Below, piece by piece: positions 49,945 to 60,837 of a stretch of DNA of 64,000 bases; position 1 is the first letter of the stretch, and each line of letters begins with the position of its first letter. The stretch comes from Mustelus asterias (taxonomy: Eukaryota), in contig NC_135830.1 in the NCBI RefSeq assembly GCF_964213995.1, positions 11,966,001 through 12,030,000 of the forward strand, in the 5' to 3' direction. Both the position numbers and the translations under genes were made by a program. The notes under the pieces are model-generated. The model saw nothing but the letters and a program-made list of their open reading frames with translations, was not told the DNA's origin and did not search any database.

Positions 49945-52756
49945 ATGCACATACCTCACACTGACTTAGTATGTAGTCAATCGAGTTTTGCAGGTATGGT
50001 GACCAGAATCCTTCCTTCTTGATCTTTCTCGCCACTTCTCCTCTTGCACAGTGGTCCACTCCATGCGCTTCGCTAATTAGTACGGTTAGTAATGATGTGG
50101 GTGCTATGACTAATCCCTCCCCATTTCTCCATATCCTGTCCTGTTGTCCCTGTAGTGCTCCTCTATCTTTCCACATTGCCTTTTCAGCTACAGAGGTTTC
50201 CTCCTGTAATTGTGCTACATCTTCTAATGTGATATGAGGTTCGATATCCCCCGTACCTGGCCCTGGGTGCGGCCTTGCTATTTCTACTGGGGCTATCGTA
50301 GCCTCAATGCATCCTGACGCTTCTTTAGCTGCCTTGTCGGCTTTGGTGTTTCCCTGTGTGATGCTGTCTGCTCCCTTTTTATGCGCCTGACACTTAATTA
50401 TGGCTAATTCCCTTGGACCCATCATGGCCCTTATTAAAGCCCTGATTTGACCTTCGTGTTGTATTGGTCCTCCTCCGCTTTTCATAAATCCCCTTTGCTT
50501 CCATATTGCCCCGAACAGATGGCAGACCCCGTGGGCATAGGCCGAATCAGTATAAATTTCCAATGCTTCCCCGTTTGCTAGCTCACATGCTCTGGTCAAT
50601 GCTTTAAGTTCTGCCAGTTGGGCTGAACAGGGCTGTTCACATTTCTCTGCTTCTATAACTTCAAGTGTTTCCCCTTTCTGTTCAACTATGGCATAGCCTG
50701 CGTGGTTTCCTAAGTGATCCCTGTAACATGAGCCATCTACATACAGTATCCTTTTCCCTTCTGTCACTAGTCCCTCTGCTCTTAAATCTTTTCTCAGTTT
50801 CATAAACACTTTTGTCTCTCTTACACACTCATGCTCCTCTCCCTCATGAGGTAATGGCATGTAATCAGCTGGATTTACTCTATTGCACTTTATTATCGTG
50901 ATATCTGGAAATGTAGTTAGCATTCGATAATGATGGATCCTAGCAGGTGTCAGCACAAATTTTCCTTGCTCAATCAATTCAGCTACCTTATGGTATACAT
51001 GTATGTTTATCGGATATCCCATTGTGACCGTGGCTGCCTTTTCGTACGCCCACCAAGCTGCTGCCAGACCTTGATAGCACGGAGGGTATCCCATTGCTAC
51101 GTCGTCTAGCTTGGTACTGTAATATGCTACAGCCTGCCTTCGTCTACCCTTGCAATTTTCCTGCATTAACATTGCTGTAGCAAATCCGGCTTCTCTGTTA
51201 CTCACAAATAAGTCAAAGGGCTTGTCATAGGTCGGTAAAGCCAAGGCTGCTGCCTGTGCCATTTCTCTTTTCACGTTTTCAAATGCGTCTGAAGCATCTT
51301 TATCCCATTTTAGTTTGGCTTTTAATTCGTCACACCCTGCCTCCTTCATTATCTTTCGTAGTGCCTGCGTTTTTTCGGCATAGCTTTCCACCCATTCTGA
51401 ACTGAAGCCTGTCATTCCCAAAAATGTCATCATTTGTCCCACCGTCCGTGGTTTCGGAACTTTTAGTACTGCTTCTATTTGCTGTGAAGCTATCTCCTTC
51501 TGTCCTGCTGATATTTCTCTTCCCAAGTATTCTACCTTTTTCTGGCACAGCTGCAGCTTTTTCCTGGAAACTTTATGGCCCCCTTCTGCTAGTCTTTCCA
51601 ATAGTTTTAAACTATCCTTCCTGCACTGTTCTTGTGTTCCTGTGCATAATAATAAATCATCCACATATTGTATCAGTGTTCCTTCCAACTGTATTCCTTC
51701 TAAATCTGCTCTCAACACCTGATTGAATACATGTGGGAAATGTTTAAATCCTTGGGGCATCCTATTGTATGTGTATTGTTTCCCCTCGTACGTAAATGCA
51801 AAGAGATACTGACTTTCTTGAGCTAGTGGCACACTAAAAAATGCCGAACATAGGTCTACTACAGTAAACCATCTACTTTCAGGTGGTATATTTGTCATCA
51901 AGGTATAAGGGTTTGGAACCTCTGCTGGCATATCTTCCACTACCTCATTAATTGCCCTTAGGTCATGCACCAATCTCCATTTTTCTCCGTCCACCTTTTT
52001 CACTGGTAGTAGCGGTGTATTACACCTGCTCCGGGTTTCTTTTAATACCCCTGCTTCTATCAATCCCTTAATTGTCCCTCTAATTCCTTCAATTGCTTCT
52101 GTCTTGATTGGGTATTGCGGCCTATACGGCCCCTGACGTCCTATCTTTAATCTGACTTCAACTGGATTAGCGTTTTTGACCCTCCCTACATCCGTGTCCT
52201 GTCTGGACCACAACTCCTGCGGGAGGGAGTTCAAATCCTGCTCTAACCTCTCTCTCCACTCCAGTTCCTGTTTCTCGATTTGCACTCCTATTGTTATCTG
52301 CTTCGGTTTCCCAAGCATTTTAACATCCAAAATTATTTTCGTCATTTGTCCATTGCTGGACGTCCAAATATCTACATTGTCTGTCTGGACAAATTCTAAA
52401 TCTTGTGCTCTCAACACCATTGGTCCTAGGTCTTTTGATCTGTATCCCGGATTCACTTTCAATGTGACATGTGGCTCCGCCCCAGATACAGAGAACCATT
52501 TGTTAACCCATTCATTCCTAACGATGGTGAGGGCTACTCCCTCTAGTCCGATTAAAATACTTCCTGACTTTATTTCCTGTTCTCGTCCTGCCTCCCTTTC
52601 CCATTTCTCCTGTATCTCAGGTTCCTGCCCTTCATTAAATATCATTGTACTGTGTAATTCTGTTCTTGGCCATTTGGCTTGTGGAACCCAAGTGTTTATA
52701 AGCTTTCCCCAAACTTCCCATATCTGTTTTTTAACTTGTTCCTCTATATCTCCCAA
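48818..52756 (-). CDS. pol: ERV pol-env fusion ORF: 2H domain, RT, RNase H, integrase Zn finger, then env SU C-terminal part and TM ectodomain
   Basis: LHST...PHVT; VDLCSAFF, MPQGF, YVDD; YVDGS/AQLAE/YTDS; H-x3-H...CxxC; then KVKR furin site and QNRQALDWLLAEKGGVC-x6-CC. Confidence 0.92.
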   Translation of the reverse strand: MGDIEEQVKKQIWEVWGKLINTWVPQAKWPRTELHSTMIFNEGQEPEIQEKWEREAGREQEIKSGSILIGLEGVALTIVRNEWVNKWFSVSGAEPHVTLKVNPGYRSKDLGPMVLRAQDLEFVQTDNVDIWTSSNGQMTKIILDVKMLGKPKQITIGVQIEKQELEWRERLEQDLNSLPQELWSRQDTDVGRVKNANPVEVRLKIGRQGPYRPQYPIKTEAIEGIRGTIKGLIEAGVLKETRSRCNTPLLPVKKVDGEKWRLVHDLRAINEVVEDMPAEVPNPYTLMTNIPPESRWFTVVDLCSAFFSVPLAQESQYLFAFTYEGKQYTYNRMPQGFKHFPHVFNQVLRADLEGIQLEGTLIQYVDDLLLCTGTQEQCRKDSLKLLERLAEGGHKVSRKKLQLCQKKVEYLGREISAGQKEIASQQIEAVLKVPKPRTVGQMMTFLGMTGFSSEWVESYAEKTQALRKIMKEAGCDELKAKLKWDKDASDAFENVKREMAQAAALALPTYDKPFDLFVSNREAGFATAMLMQENCKGRRRQAVAYYSTKLDDVAMGYPPCYQGLAAAWWAYEKAATVTMGYPINIHVYHKVAELIEQGKFVLTPARIHHYRMLTTFPDITIIKCNRVNPADYMPLPHEGEEHECVRETKVFMKLRKDLRAEGLVTEGKRILYVDGSCYRDHLGNHAGYAIVEQKGETLEVIEAEKCEQPCSAQLAELKALTRACELANGEALEIYTDSAYAHGVCHLFGAIWKQRGFMKSGGGPIQHEGQIRALIRAMMGPRELAIIKCQAHKKGADSITQGNTKADKAAKEASGCIEATIAPVEIARPHPGPGTGDIEPHITLEDVAQLQEETSVAEKAMWKDRGALQGQQDRIWRNGEGLVIAPTSLLTVLISEAHGVDHCARGEVARKIKKEGFWSPYLQNSIDYILSQCEVCASEKPNTQVTDIPWGSGDCGTRKQSWRKENCRPYTTYIRYHMIGNRNYSYEKINCSGSACDNLCKGEPPLCQYHCILFAGVKKGIYNLAHRCPKWPKTAVDAVPKEWSVEPNLQIQDCYWRESSTGSSVGNYTGECERIWNITDALNLILSGGGWAPPPYVLDYQENQLADLWWLCGPEKGLLAKLPQNWKGLCARVMLAQSIVILPVERKIKSQKVKRAYTPDPTIKLDAIGQPRGIPNEFKARNEIAAGFESLFVWITPSKNTEWINYIYYNQQRFINYTNDALEALGEQLDATSKMAWQNRQALDWLLAEKGGVCVMFGDQCCTFIPNNTNPEGSFTQAMNKLRNLKKEVKENAGFGHEVWSWLDRILGRWGA

Positions 52757-53175
52757 CCAATATACATTAACCCCTTCCTTTCCTGTGGATACATTCCCAT
52801 CAAATCAATTCCTTGTTCAGTGCATTCTAATTTCAGTCCTAAACCTAGGATTGCATCCCTTCCCAATAGATTTAAAGGAGTTTTATCACATACTAAAATA
52901 GGTACATGGGTTGTCTTATTTCCAATGGTAACAGGCACCGGCGTCGTCATTCGAGCTAATGTTACTTTCCCCGAGAACCCCACAGTTTTTACAAACTGGT
53001 TTGACAATGGTAAGTGATCCGCATATTTCGTTTGCATGCACGTACATGTGGCGCCGGTGTCTATCATCATGGGGACCTCGATCCCTCCTACTCTAACGTT
53101 AACTATAGGTTCCTGCTCTGCAGTTTCTGTTATCTGTACGTACTGTCCTACCATTTCGGGGTTCTCTGGGCCTCC
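52744..53175 (-). CDS. pro: Retroviral aspartic protease
   Basis: MIDTGAT and NLLGRD; in frame with gag across a TAG; frameshift near 52765 separates it from the rest of pol. Confidence 0.9.
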   Translation of the reverse strand, partial: GGPENPEMVGQYVQITETAEQEPIVNVRVGGIEVPMMIDTGATCTCMQTKYADHLPLSNQFVKTVGFSGKVTLARMTTPVPVTIGNKTTHVPILVCDKTPLNLLGRDAILGLGLKLECTEQGIDLMGMYPQERKGLMYIGWEI

Positions 53176-54277
53176 CTATGGGGAATTCTGATGGTTTACC
53201 GGCCCTTGAAACATCGGGATGCTGTTTGGCGATCCTTGGATCAGTTGTTGGCCTGTCTGCTGCTGGTTTTCTCCCTGTCTGGGGAAATTCCGCGGGCAAT
53301 TCCTTTTTATGTACCCTGCCTCCCCGCACCCCCAACACACACCTGAAGGGCCAGGCAGTGGTCCCTGTCTCGGAGTCTGATGATTAACCTGTCCCTGTCC
53401 TCTCTGATTCTGATAGGGTGGCCTACCACCTCCCTGTCCTTTCCCATTTCTATTCCAGTCAGTCTGACTTTGCAGGGCGTATGGGTTTTGATAATTTAGG
53501 CCATAGGCTCCTGGGTTCATGGACAGTGGGAAGGCAGAAATGTTATAGGTTATGACGGGCTGGCCTCCATCTCCGCTCCCCCCTTTGATTAGTGCAGGTA
53601 TTTCCTCTGGCTTTTGCTCCACCATCATTGGTGCTATTTTTCTGGGTGCGAGATCCTCTTTTGCCTTCAGTTTATCCTTGCTTTTGATCTCCTCCAACTG
53701 TGCCTGAAGGAGTTTACGTTGTACCTCCTTCAGCTGTTTGTCTGCATTCTTTTCATCTTTGCGATGTCTCTCTACTGCATGGGCAACATAATCCACAAAC
53801 TCTCGGTAATTTTTTGAGTCCAAGCCCACCACTTCCTCCAGCCTTGTCTTAGCTGGGGCTGGCAAGCCCTCTAGGATTGCAGCCCGGAACATGGAGTTGG
53901 TCAGTGGGTCTATTAGAATGTCCCTCTCCGTGTCCCTTCTCCACCTTTTTAATTGATTCTCCACATACACAGCTGCATTCTCCTCCTCTCCACACCCCTC
54001 TTCTCTCTTTCCCTTCTTGTTGGAATAGGGCTAATATCTCTAACTCCTTTTCTCGCTTCTCCCTTCTTTTGCTCGATTTATCCTTAATCTTATAGTTCTT
54101 TATCATTCCCTTCTGGTCCTCACACCTCTCTATGGACCATGTGCCTTCCTCCGGCCACTGTGTATTGGTCTTATTTGTTCTTTTGGCCCATTTTTTAGAG
54201 ACGTGTTCTATATCTCCCCTAAGGGCTGGGAACTTATCCCCTAATATCTCCACTGGTGTCTTAACTTGGTGCGCCAT
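53176..54277 (-). pseudogene. gag: gag (matrix N-terminus, internal deletion/frameshift ~53975, capsid C-terminus and nucleocapsid)
   Basis: WPEEGTWS matrix-like motif; CWGCGEAGYIKRNC zinc knuckle with His replaced by Tyr. Confidence 0.85.
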
Positions 54278-55469
54278 TCCTCGTCTTTTTGGATCACTGT
54301 CGCAATTTTTGTCACTTAGTCCGTCAGAGTTAGGTATTACAGTGATTATTACTTGCTGTATTGTTTTTCCGTGCTCAGTCCCCTGTTTACCTTTCCTTTG
54401 GATTTCTTTTGCCACTATCTGTAATTCTAACCGGGGTCCTGATATCCACTTCCCCGTAGTCCCCTGTCTCAGCACTATCTTCCTCTCCCGGGCCAGAGGG
54501 TAGTAGGTTTTCACTTGCTCGTCTATGTGTATAAAAATCCTGTATTGGTCAGATCCCTTTATTAATTTCTCTAGGGTTTCCAATTTTATTTCGTCTATCC
54601 AATTCCTATCGACTACTCTTTCCCAATTTACATACGGCCACTCATTCTTTATCTCCTCTAAGTTAATTATGTGTGTAATCTTTTTCCAATCCAGTGTTGC
54701 TTCCGTTTTTGTTATTATTCAAAGATTAGTTATTTTCAATCTTGTCACCAGGCAGTTTTGTCAGGGTAATTTTTCAAGTTGTTAGTTATTACCCTACCTA
54801 TATTCCGACTCTCTCTCTTATTTCTGTCCTTCACGCTGTTGTCTCCGACCAGTTTGTTCAAATTGGTCTTTTACTTCCTCTATTCTAGCTGCTACTCCCC
54901 TTTCCTGTGGTTAAAATCCACTCCTGTGCTTTTGGCTACTGTATTAGGTCCTGGAGCGATCTCTCACTGATCTCTCTCCCTCTCGGTTGACGTCCCTTAC
55001 CCGAGGTCCTGGGTAGGTTTGGGCTGGCAGATTTTCGCACACTTACTCTCTTCTGGGCAAGTCGTGACCTGAAAAACCCGCTCCAAACCGCTCGACTTAA
55101 CCTAATTGCATTACTTTAGCTTTCAGCCTTTTTCCCGTCTCACTTTTTACCCATTCACAGACAATACAGTATTCGCAGCGTGCTTTTGCATGCAAAAATT
55201 CTGCTCTTCGGATCAGACTCAGTCTCTCAAAATTTTTACACAATTTGGTTTTACCTGTGCAGGATATTTTTTTGGGTTGGGGAGATCCAGGACCAGCAGA
55301 GAGCCGGGCGCACCGGGCCTCGAGAAAACCCCTTTCTGACAACAAGGATTTACATGCATGCAAGTCTGCTTACCTTGTTGACAGAAGGCCGGCTGGGGAC
55401 TTCTCGGTTCCGGTCGGACCACCGTCTCCGCCACTCCTTCCAGATGCTTTTCTGGGCGATCTCTCACCA

Positions 55470-55487
55470 ACCCTGCTCGCAGCGCCA
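55470..55487 (-). other. Primer-binding site, tRNA-Ser(UGA/CGA)-type
   Basis: TGGCGCTGCGAGCAGGGT, 4 nt after the 5' LTR; complementary to a tRNA-Ser 3' end (...ACCCTGCTCGC[T/A]GCG-CCA). Confidence 0.8.
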
Positions 55488-55491
55488 ATTT

Positions 55492-56257
55492 TGTCGTGGT
55501 TCCCCAGGACGACAATTTATTCACATCGATTAAAACAGAGAGTCTGAGCAGTGATCTTTCAAGCAATAGACTTTATTTCGCAGCACAAGCAGAATAAAGT
55601 CGGGATCTCCGGAGCAATCCAAAGAGCCCTCAGGCTTTCAGTCTTTAAATACATTTCAGCTTCATATCTCAGGATTCTTATCTCACTTTTACATCCTGTC
55701 CTTGTTTCTTATCTTACTTTACAGCCTGACCTTGTTTCTTTGGCCACCATTGTTTTTAGTTGACCCTTTATCCGTTTTATTCGCGATTTGTCGCTCCCTG
55801 TTACATTTCTTTGTTTCTTAAACCATGGTGGTTATATCTCTGCCCTTACCTCAACTGTCTGCTTGCACAATAATCGTAGTTTTTGCTGACTTAGGCCGAA
55901 TGTGTTAGAAAAAAACATCCTCTTTGCTGACTTAGGCCGAATGTGTTAGAAAAGACATCCTCTTTGCTGACTTTTATGGTCCAACATTAAGTTAGACCAC
56001 TGAGCAGTATTCATTGTTTTCTTAAGTGACTATTGTCTGCTTTTGCTAATCAGTGACTGCCATTTACTTCCCTGTTTCCTCTGCCTTGAGCATGTCATCT
56101 ATACTTGATCACATTAGGTCACACGAAGTTACTTTAGGTTACATAGGTTACATACCCATCTCACTACTCACCTAAATCTGCTTTATCACTTCACTAAGAC
56201 CTATGAATCTGAATTCCATACTAAACTCATACAATATCCAGTACAATTTCCCTTACA
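55492..56257 (-). repeat. ERV 5' LTR
   Basis: TGTAAGGG...CACGACA; followed by the PBS; ~40-bp duplication in U3. Confidence 0.9.
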
Positions 56258-56562
56258 CTCGCTCGGCCATTTCAGAAGCTGTTTGAGAGTCAACCACATT
56301 GCTGTGGCTCTGGAGTCACATGTAGGCCAGACTGGGTAAGGATGGCAGATTTCCTTCCCTAAAGCACATTAATGAACCAGATGGGTTTTTTGGTCAATCG
56401 ACAATGGTTTCATGGTCATCAGTAGATTCTTAATTCTAGATTTTGTATTTAAATTCAAATTCCACCATCTGCTGTGGCAGGGTTCAAACCTGGGTCCCCA
56501 GAACATCAGCTGAGTTTCTGGATTAATAGTCTAGCGATAATACCACGAGGCTATCCGCTCCC
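56258..56562 (-). mobile_element. SINE (second family), truncated at the ERV junction
   Basis: Matches ~18595-18900 but lacks the portion equivalent to 18515-18594. Confidence 0.8.
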
Positions 56563-57863
56563 CTGTTGTTATATGGCACAAATTCGATATATTATTTATA
56601 GCTCTGTAATAAAATACACTTATTATATCTGGCTGTGTAATTTTGGACTGCAGTTATATTATATATTTCCAACAATCTCTTCCCTCAGAGAATTGTTAGT
56701 ATCTAGATTTCTCTTCCATAGGGACCAGTGGAGGGATTGAATATATTCAAGGATGAGTTAGACAGTTTTTGAATGACAAGGGAGTCAATAATTATTGGGA
56801 ACAGGCTGGAAAATGGAGAGAAAGCTCAGATGAGGAAGGATTTCTTCACTCAAGGACGTGGTGATGTTTTGGATTCTCTACCCCAGAGGACTACAGAGCC
56901 TCAGTCATCAAGAATTTTCAAGAGAGGGATTGATAGGTTTCTGGATATTGAAGATATCGATGGATATGGGGGACAGTGTGGGGAAAATAATGCAGAGGTT
57001 GATCAACCAATAATCTGAATGAATGGTTGAGCAGACTCGATGGGCCGAATGCTGACTGCAGCTCCTATTTGTTATGATTTCTGTGGTGGACAGGAAGCAG
57101 TGAGCATGGATCTGTCAATCAGCCTCAATCAGCACCTTCAGGAGAATTGGGAGGGTGAATATTAGATACAGCAGAGTGAGAATGGAGGGAGAGTGTGTGG
57201 GATGGAGATTTACGGCTTTTGGGGAATGGGAGAGGAAAGAATGTTCATTAGAATCATAGAATTGCTGCATCTTATCAACCGTCCCTGAGCCTTCACAATG
57301 AATCCCACTTCTGAGGACACCCTTATCTCTGACTTGTCCGTACTGCCAGCAGTCTCACAAAGCAGCTGCCTGTGTGCTGATACGGGAGGCCCTGCTCGGC
57401 AAGTTTAATGCTCCATGACTGTGTCTTTAATGAATGCTCCATAGAAACTAGAAATGTCGATTTGAATTTCGATCGTATTCTGAATTACGATGTTTTTTCT
57501 AAATTGACTTACAGGATATTAGACAAGGAGAAATCAGACAGAAATCTCCAACATCACATCGAGATCTGACAGAGTGACTCGACTTCTTGGGAACTGAATA
57601 TCATTGGCCTTTGAATCTAGCAGGAGAAATGTTTGTTTGGCCTCTTGGCTTCAAAAGATTGTAAACATCACTGTGACTAGGAATGCACTGAGATACACAC
57701 ACCCGAGTGAGTGTGTTCCAGTGCACTGAGTGTGGAAAGAGCTTTAACCAGTTACACTGCCTGAAAATACATCGCAGCATTCACAGCGGGAGAGACTGTA
57801 CCCGTGTTCTGTGTGAGATTTAACTGATTGTTTAACCTGGAGAGTCACAAGGACACCCGCACC

Positions 57864-58595
57864 ATGGAGAAAGCGTGGAAATGTGGGGACTGTGGAAAGG
57901 GATTCAGATACCCATCTGTACTGGAAATTCATAAACGCAGTCACACTGGGGAGAGGCCGTTCACCTGCTCTGTGTGTGGGAAGGGATTCACTCATTCATC
58001 CCACCTGCGCAGACACAATCTCACTCACACCAATGAGAGACCGTTTAAATGCACTGACTGTGGGAGCGGATTCAGAAGCGCTCAGGATCTGGTGTCCCAC
58101 CAGCGCACTCACACTGAGGAGAGACCGTTCAGCTGCTCTCACTGCTCAAAGAGGTTTAAATGGTCATCCACCCTGCGGGTACACCAGCGAGTTCACACTG
58201 GGGAGAATCCATTCACCTGCTCGGTGTGTGGGAAGGGATTCACTCAGTCATTCCACCTGTGCAGACACAATCTCACTCACAGCAATGAGAGACCGTTTAA
58301 ATGCTCTGACTGTGGGAGCGGATTCAGAAGCTCTCAGGATCTGGTGTCCCACCAGCGCATTCACACTGAGGAGAGACCATTCAGCTGCTCTCACTGCACA
58401 AAGAGGTTTAAATGGTCATCCAGCCTGCGGGTACACCAGCGAGTTCACACTGGGGAGAGACCATTCCCCTGCTGTGTGTGTGGGAAGGGATTCACTGCTT
58501 CATCCAGCCTGCTGAAACACAAAGCCACTCACTCCAAGGAGAGCCCCTTTAATGCTCTGCCCGAGAGGCCGGCTTCAGAAGCTCTCAGGAACTGA
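57864..58595 (+). CDS. Tandem C2H2 zinc-finger ORF (8 intact fingers) within a partly decayed array spanning ~57700-58940
   Basis: CxxC-x12-HxxxH repeats with TGERPF-type linkers; flanking fingers carry stops and frameshifts, so it may be a pseudogene. Confidence 0.85.
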   Translation: MEKAWKCGDCGKGFRYPSVLEIHKRSHTGERPFTCSVCGKGFTHSSHLRRHNLTHTNERPFKCTDCGSGFRSAQDLVSHQRTHTEERPFSCSHCSKRFKWSSTLRVHQRVHTGENPFTCSVCGKGFTQSFHLCRHNLTHSNERPFKCSDCGSGFRSSQDLVSHQRIHTEERPFSCSHCTKRFKWSSSLRVHQRVHTGERPFPCCVCGKGFTASSSLLKHKATHSKESPFNALPERPASEALRN

Positions 58596-59029
58596 TGATC
58601 CCCGAGCACATTCACACCGGGGAGAGGCCGTTCAGCTGCTCTCACTGTTCAAGGAGGTTTAGAATATCACCAACACTGCTGAAACACCAGTGAGTTCACA
58701 CCGGGGAGAAACCATTCACCTGCTCGGTGTGTGCGAAAGGATTTACTCAGTTATCCAGCCTGCCCAGACACAACATCATCACACCCAGGAGAGACCCTTT
58801 AAATGTGGGCGCGGCTTCAAAAGCTCTCGGGAACTAATGTCCCACCAGTGAGTTCACACCAGGCAGAGGCTGGTCACCTGCTCTGACTGGGAAGGGATTC
58901 ACTCAGTCAGCAAACTTGGTGAAACACCAGTGAGTTCAGAAGTGATGACAGTTCTGGGATTATTCTTGTGAATCTTTCTTGCCCCTTCTCCAGTGCCTCT
59001 ATTTCCTTTTTCTAAATGGAGATCACAAA

Positions 59030-60210
59030 TAGAACATAGAACAGCACAGCACAGGAACAGACCCTTCAGCCCACCATGTTGTGTCGAACATGATGTCAAA
59101 TTAAACTATTCCTTTCTGCCTGCCCTTGGTCCATATTCCTCTATTCCTTGCATATTCATGTGCTTATTTAAAACCCCCTTAAACGCCCCTATCGTATCTG
59201 CCTCCACCCCCACTCCTAGCAGCGCATTCCAGACACCTACCACTCTCTGTGTAAAAACCTTACCTCTCACATCTCCTTTGAACTTTCCCCGTCTCACCTT
59301 CAGTGCATGCTCCCTGGTATTAGACATATCAACTCTGGGGGAAAAGATTCTCTGTCTCTCATTTTATAGACTGCTATCAGATCTCCCCTCACCCTCCACC
59401 GCTCTCGAGAAAACAACCCTCGTTTGTCAGTCGCTCACACCCTCCAATCCAGGCAGCATCCTGGGAAACCTCTTCTGCACCCTCATCAAAACCTCTCCAT
59501 CCTTTCTGTAATGTGGTGACCAGAATTGAACACAATATTCTAAGTGCGGCCCAAACAAAGTTTTATAAAGCTGCAACATGACACGCTGACTCTTGTACTC
59601 AATAAAGGCCAGCATGCCATATGCCTTCTTTACCGATAAATATTTGTGTGGCTAATTTCAGGGAGCTCTGGACTTGAACCCCAAGACCTCTGTACATGAA
59701 CTGTATACTTATCCTTAATATTTGATCTCCCAAAGTGCAGCACCTCACACTTGCCCGGATTAAAATCCATCTGCCATTTCTCCGCTCATATCTACAGCTG
59801 ATCTACATCCCACTGTATCCTTTGACAACCTTTGACATTATCTACAACTCCATCTAGTTTTGTGTCATCTGCAAGCTTACTAACCCACCCATCCACGTTT
59901 TCATCCAAGTTATTTATATATATCACAAATAGCGCAGGTCCCAGTGCGGATCCCTGCAGAACACCACTAGTCATGGACCTCCAGTCAGAAAAACACCCTC
60001 CACCACTACTCCCTGACTTCTATGGGCAAGTCAATTCTGAATCCAAGTGGCCAAGTGACCGTGAATCCCATGCATCTTAATCTTCTGGATGAGCCGACCA
60101 TGAGGGACCTTGTCGAAAGCCTCACTAAAATCCATGTTCACAACATCCACTGCTCTACCCTCATCGATCACCTTCGTCACCTCCTCGATAAAATCAATCC
60201 AGTCAGTAAG
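59030..60210 (-). mobile_element. CR1 LINE 3' fragment
   Basis: SGVLQGSALGP, LADDTK, FTQRVVGVWN; TTCTATG tail. Confidence 0.88.
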
Positions 60211-60837
60211 ATGTTGACGGTGCTCCCACTGCAGTCCTGTGATGAAAATATAGACTGGTTGGTGAAATGTAGATAACAGGTAGAATTGATATCTAATGAG
60301 GACTTTATACTTTAGAATTGAATACAGGGCTCATTGTTACTAACGGGGAAAGAAGGGTTAAAACCCTGACCCAGAACCCTTTTCACACACACGTGGACAT
60401 CTCTGAATCTGACGCACACCAAATGGAACGTTACACAAGGGACTGGAATTCACTGGAATTTCTTAACAACCTTTCAATAGAAATGTCCTGGTACAGACTG
60501 TGACAAAGGACACAACAGACAGCAACAACCAGGAGGAACCTTTAACCCAGAGAATGTTAATAACCTTGTTCAGGACACCGGTGCCAGGCACAGGAGGATC
60601 CCAGGAAAAACGGAACATTTAATTTCTGTGTTTCACAATTCTAAATGACTGATTCTTTAACAAAGGAATGTTTAAAAACAGCATTGTGATATTCCAAGGT
60701 CAGTGTGTCTGGGAAAGGGGCACACTGATGTGTTTTTATTTTAAACAGGAGGATCCATTGAAAAGCAGCTCTGGACGATACGAGCACCTCCTGACCTACT
60801 TTCAATTCATTTCAAATCACTTTCCGTGGAATATTCT

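Larger units (their letters stand above)
47385..56257 (-). mobile_element. Endogenous retrovirus, class I epsilon-like, internally deleted
   Basis: LTR-PBS-gag-pro-pol-env-PPT-LTR order; both LTRs TG...CA; PPT AAAGGGGGGAC next to the 3' LTR. Confidence 0.95.

Noticed and set aside
52176-52901. 241-aa antisense ORF in the ERV
   Set aside because: Starts at TTG and is readily explained as the shadow frame of pol; no recognisable domain
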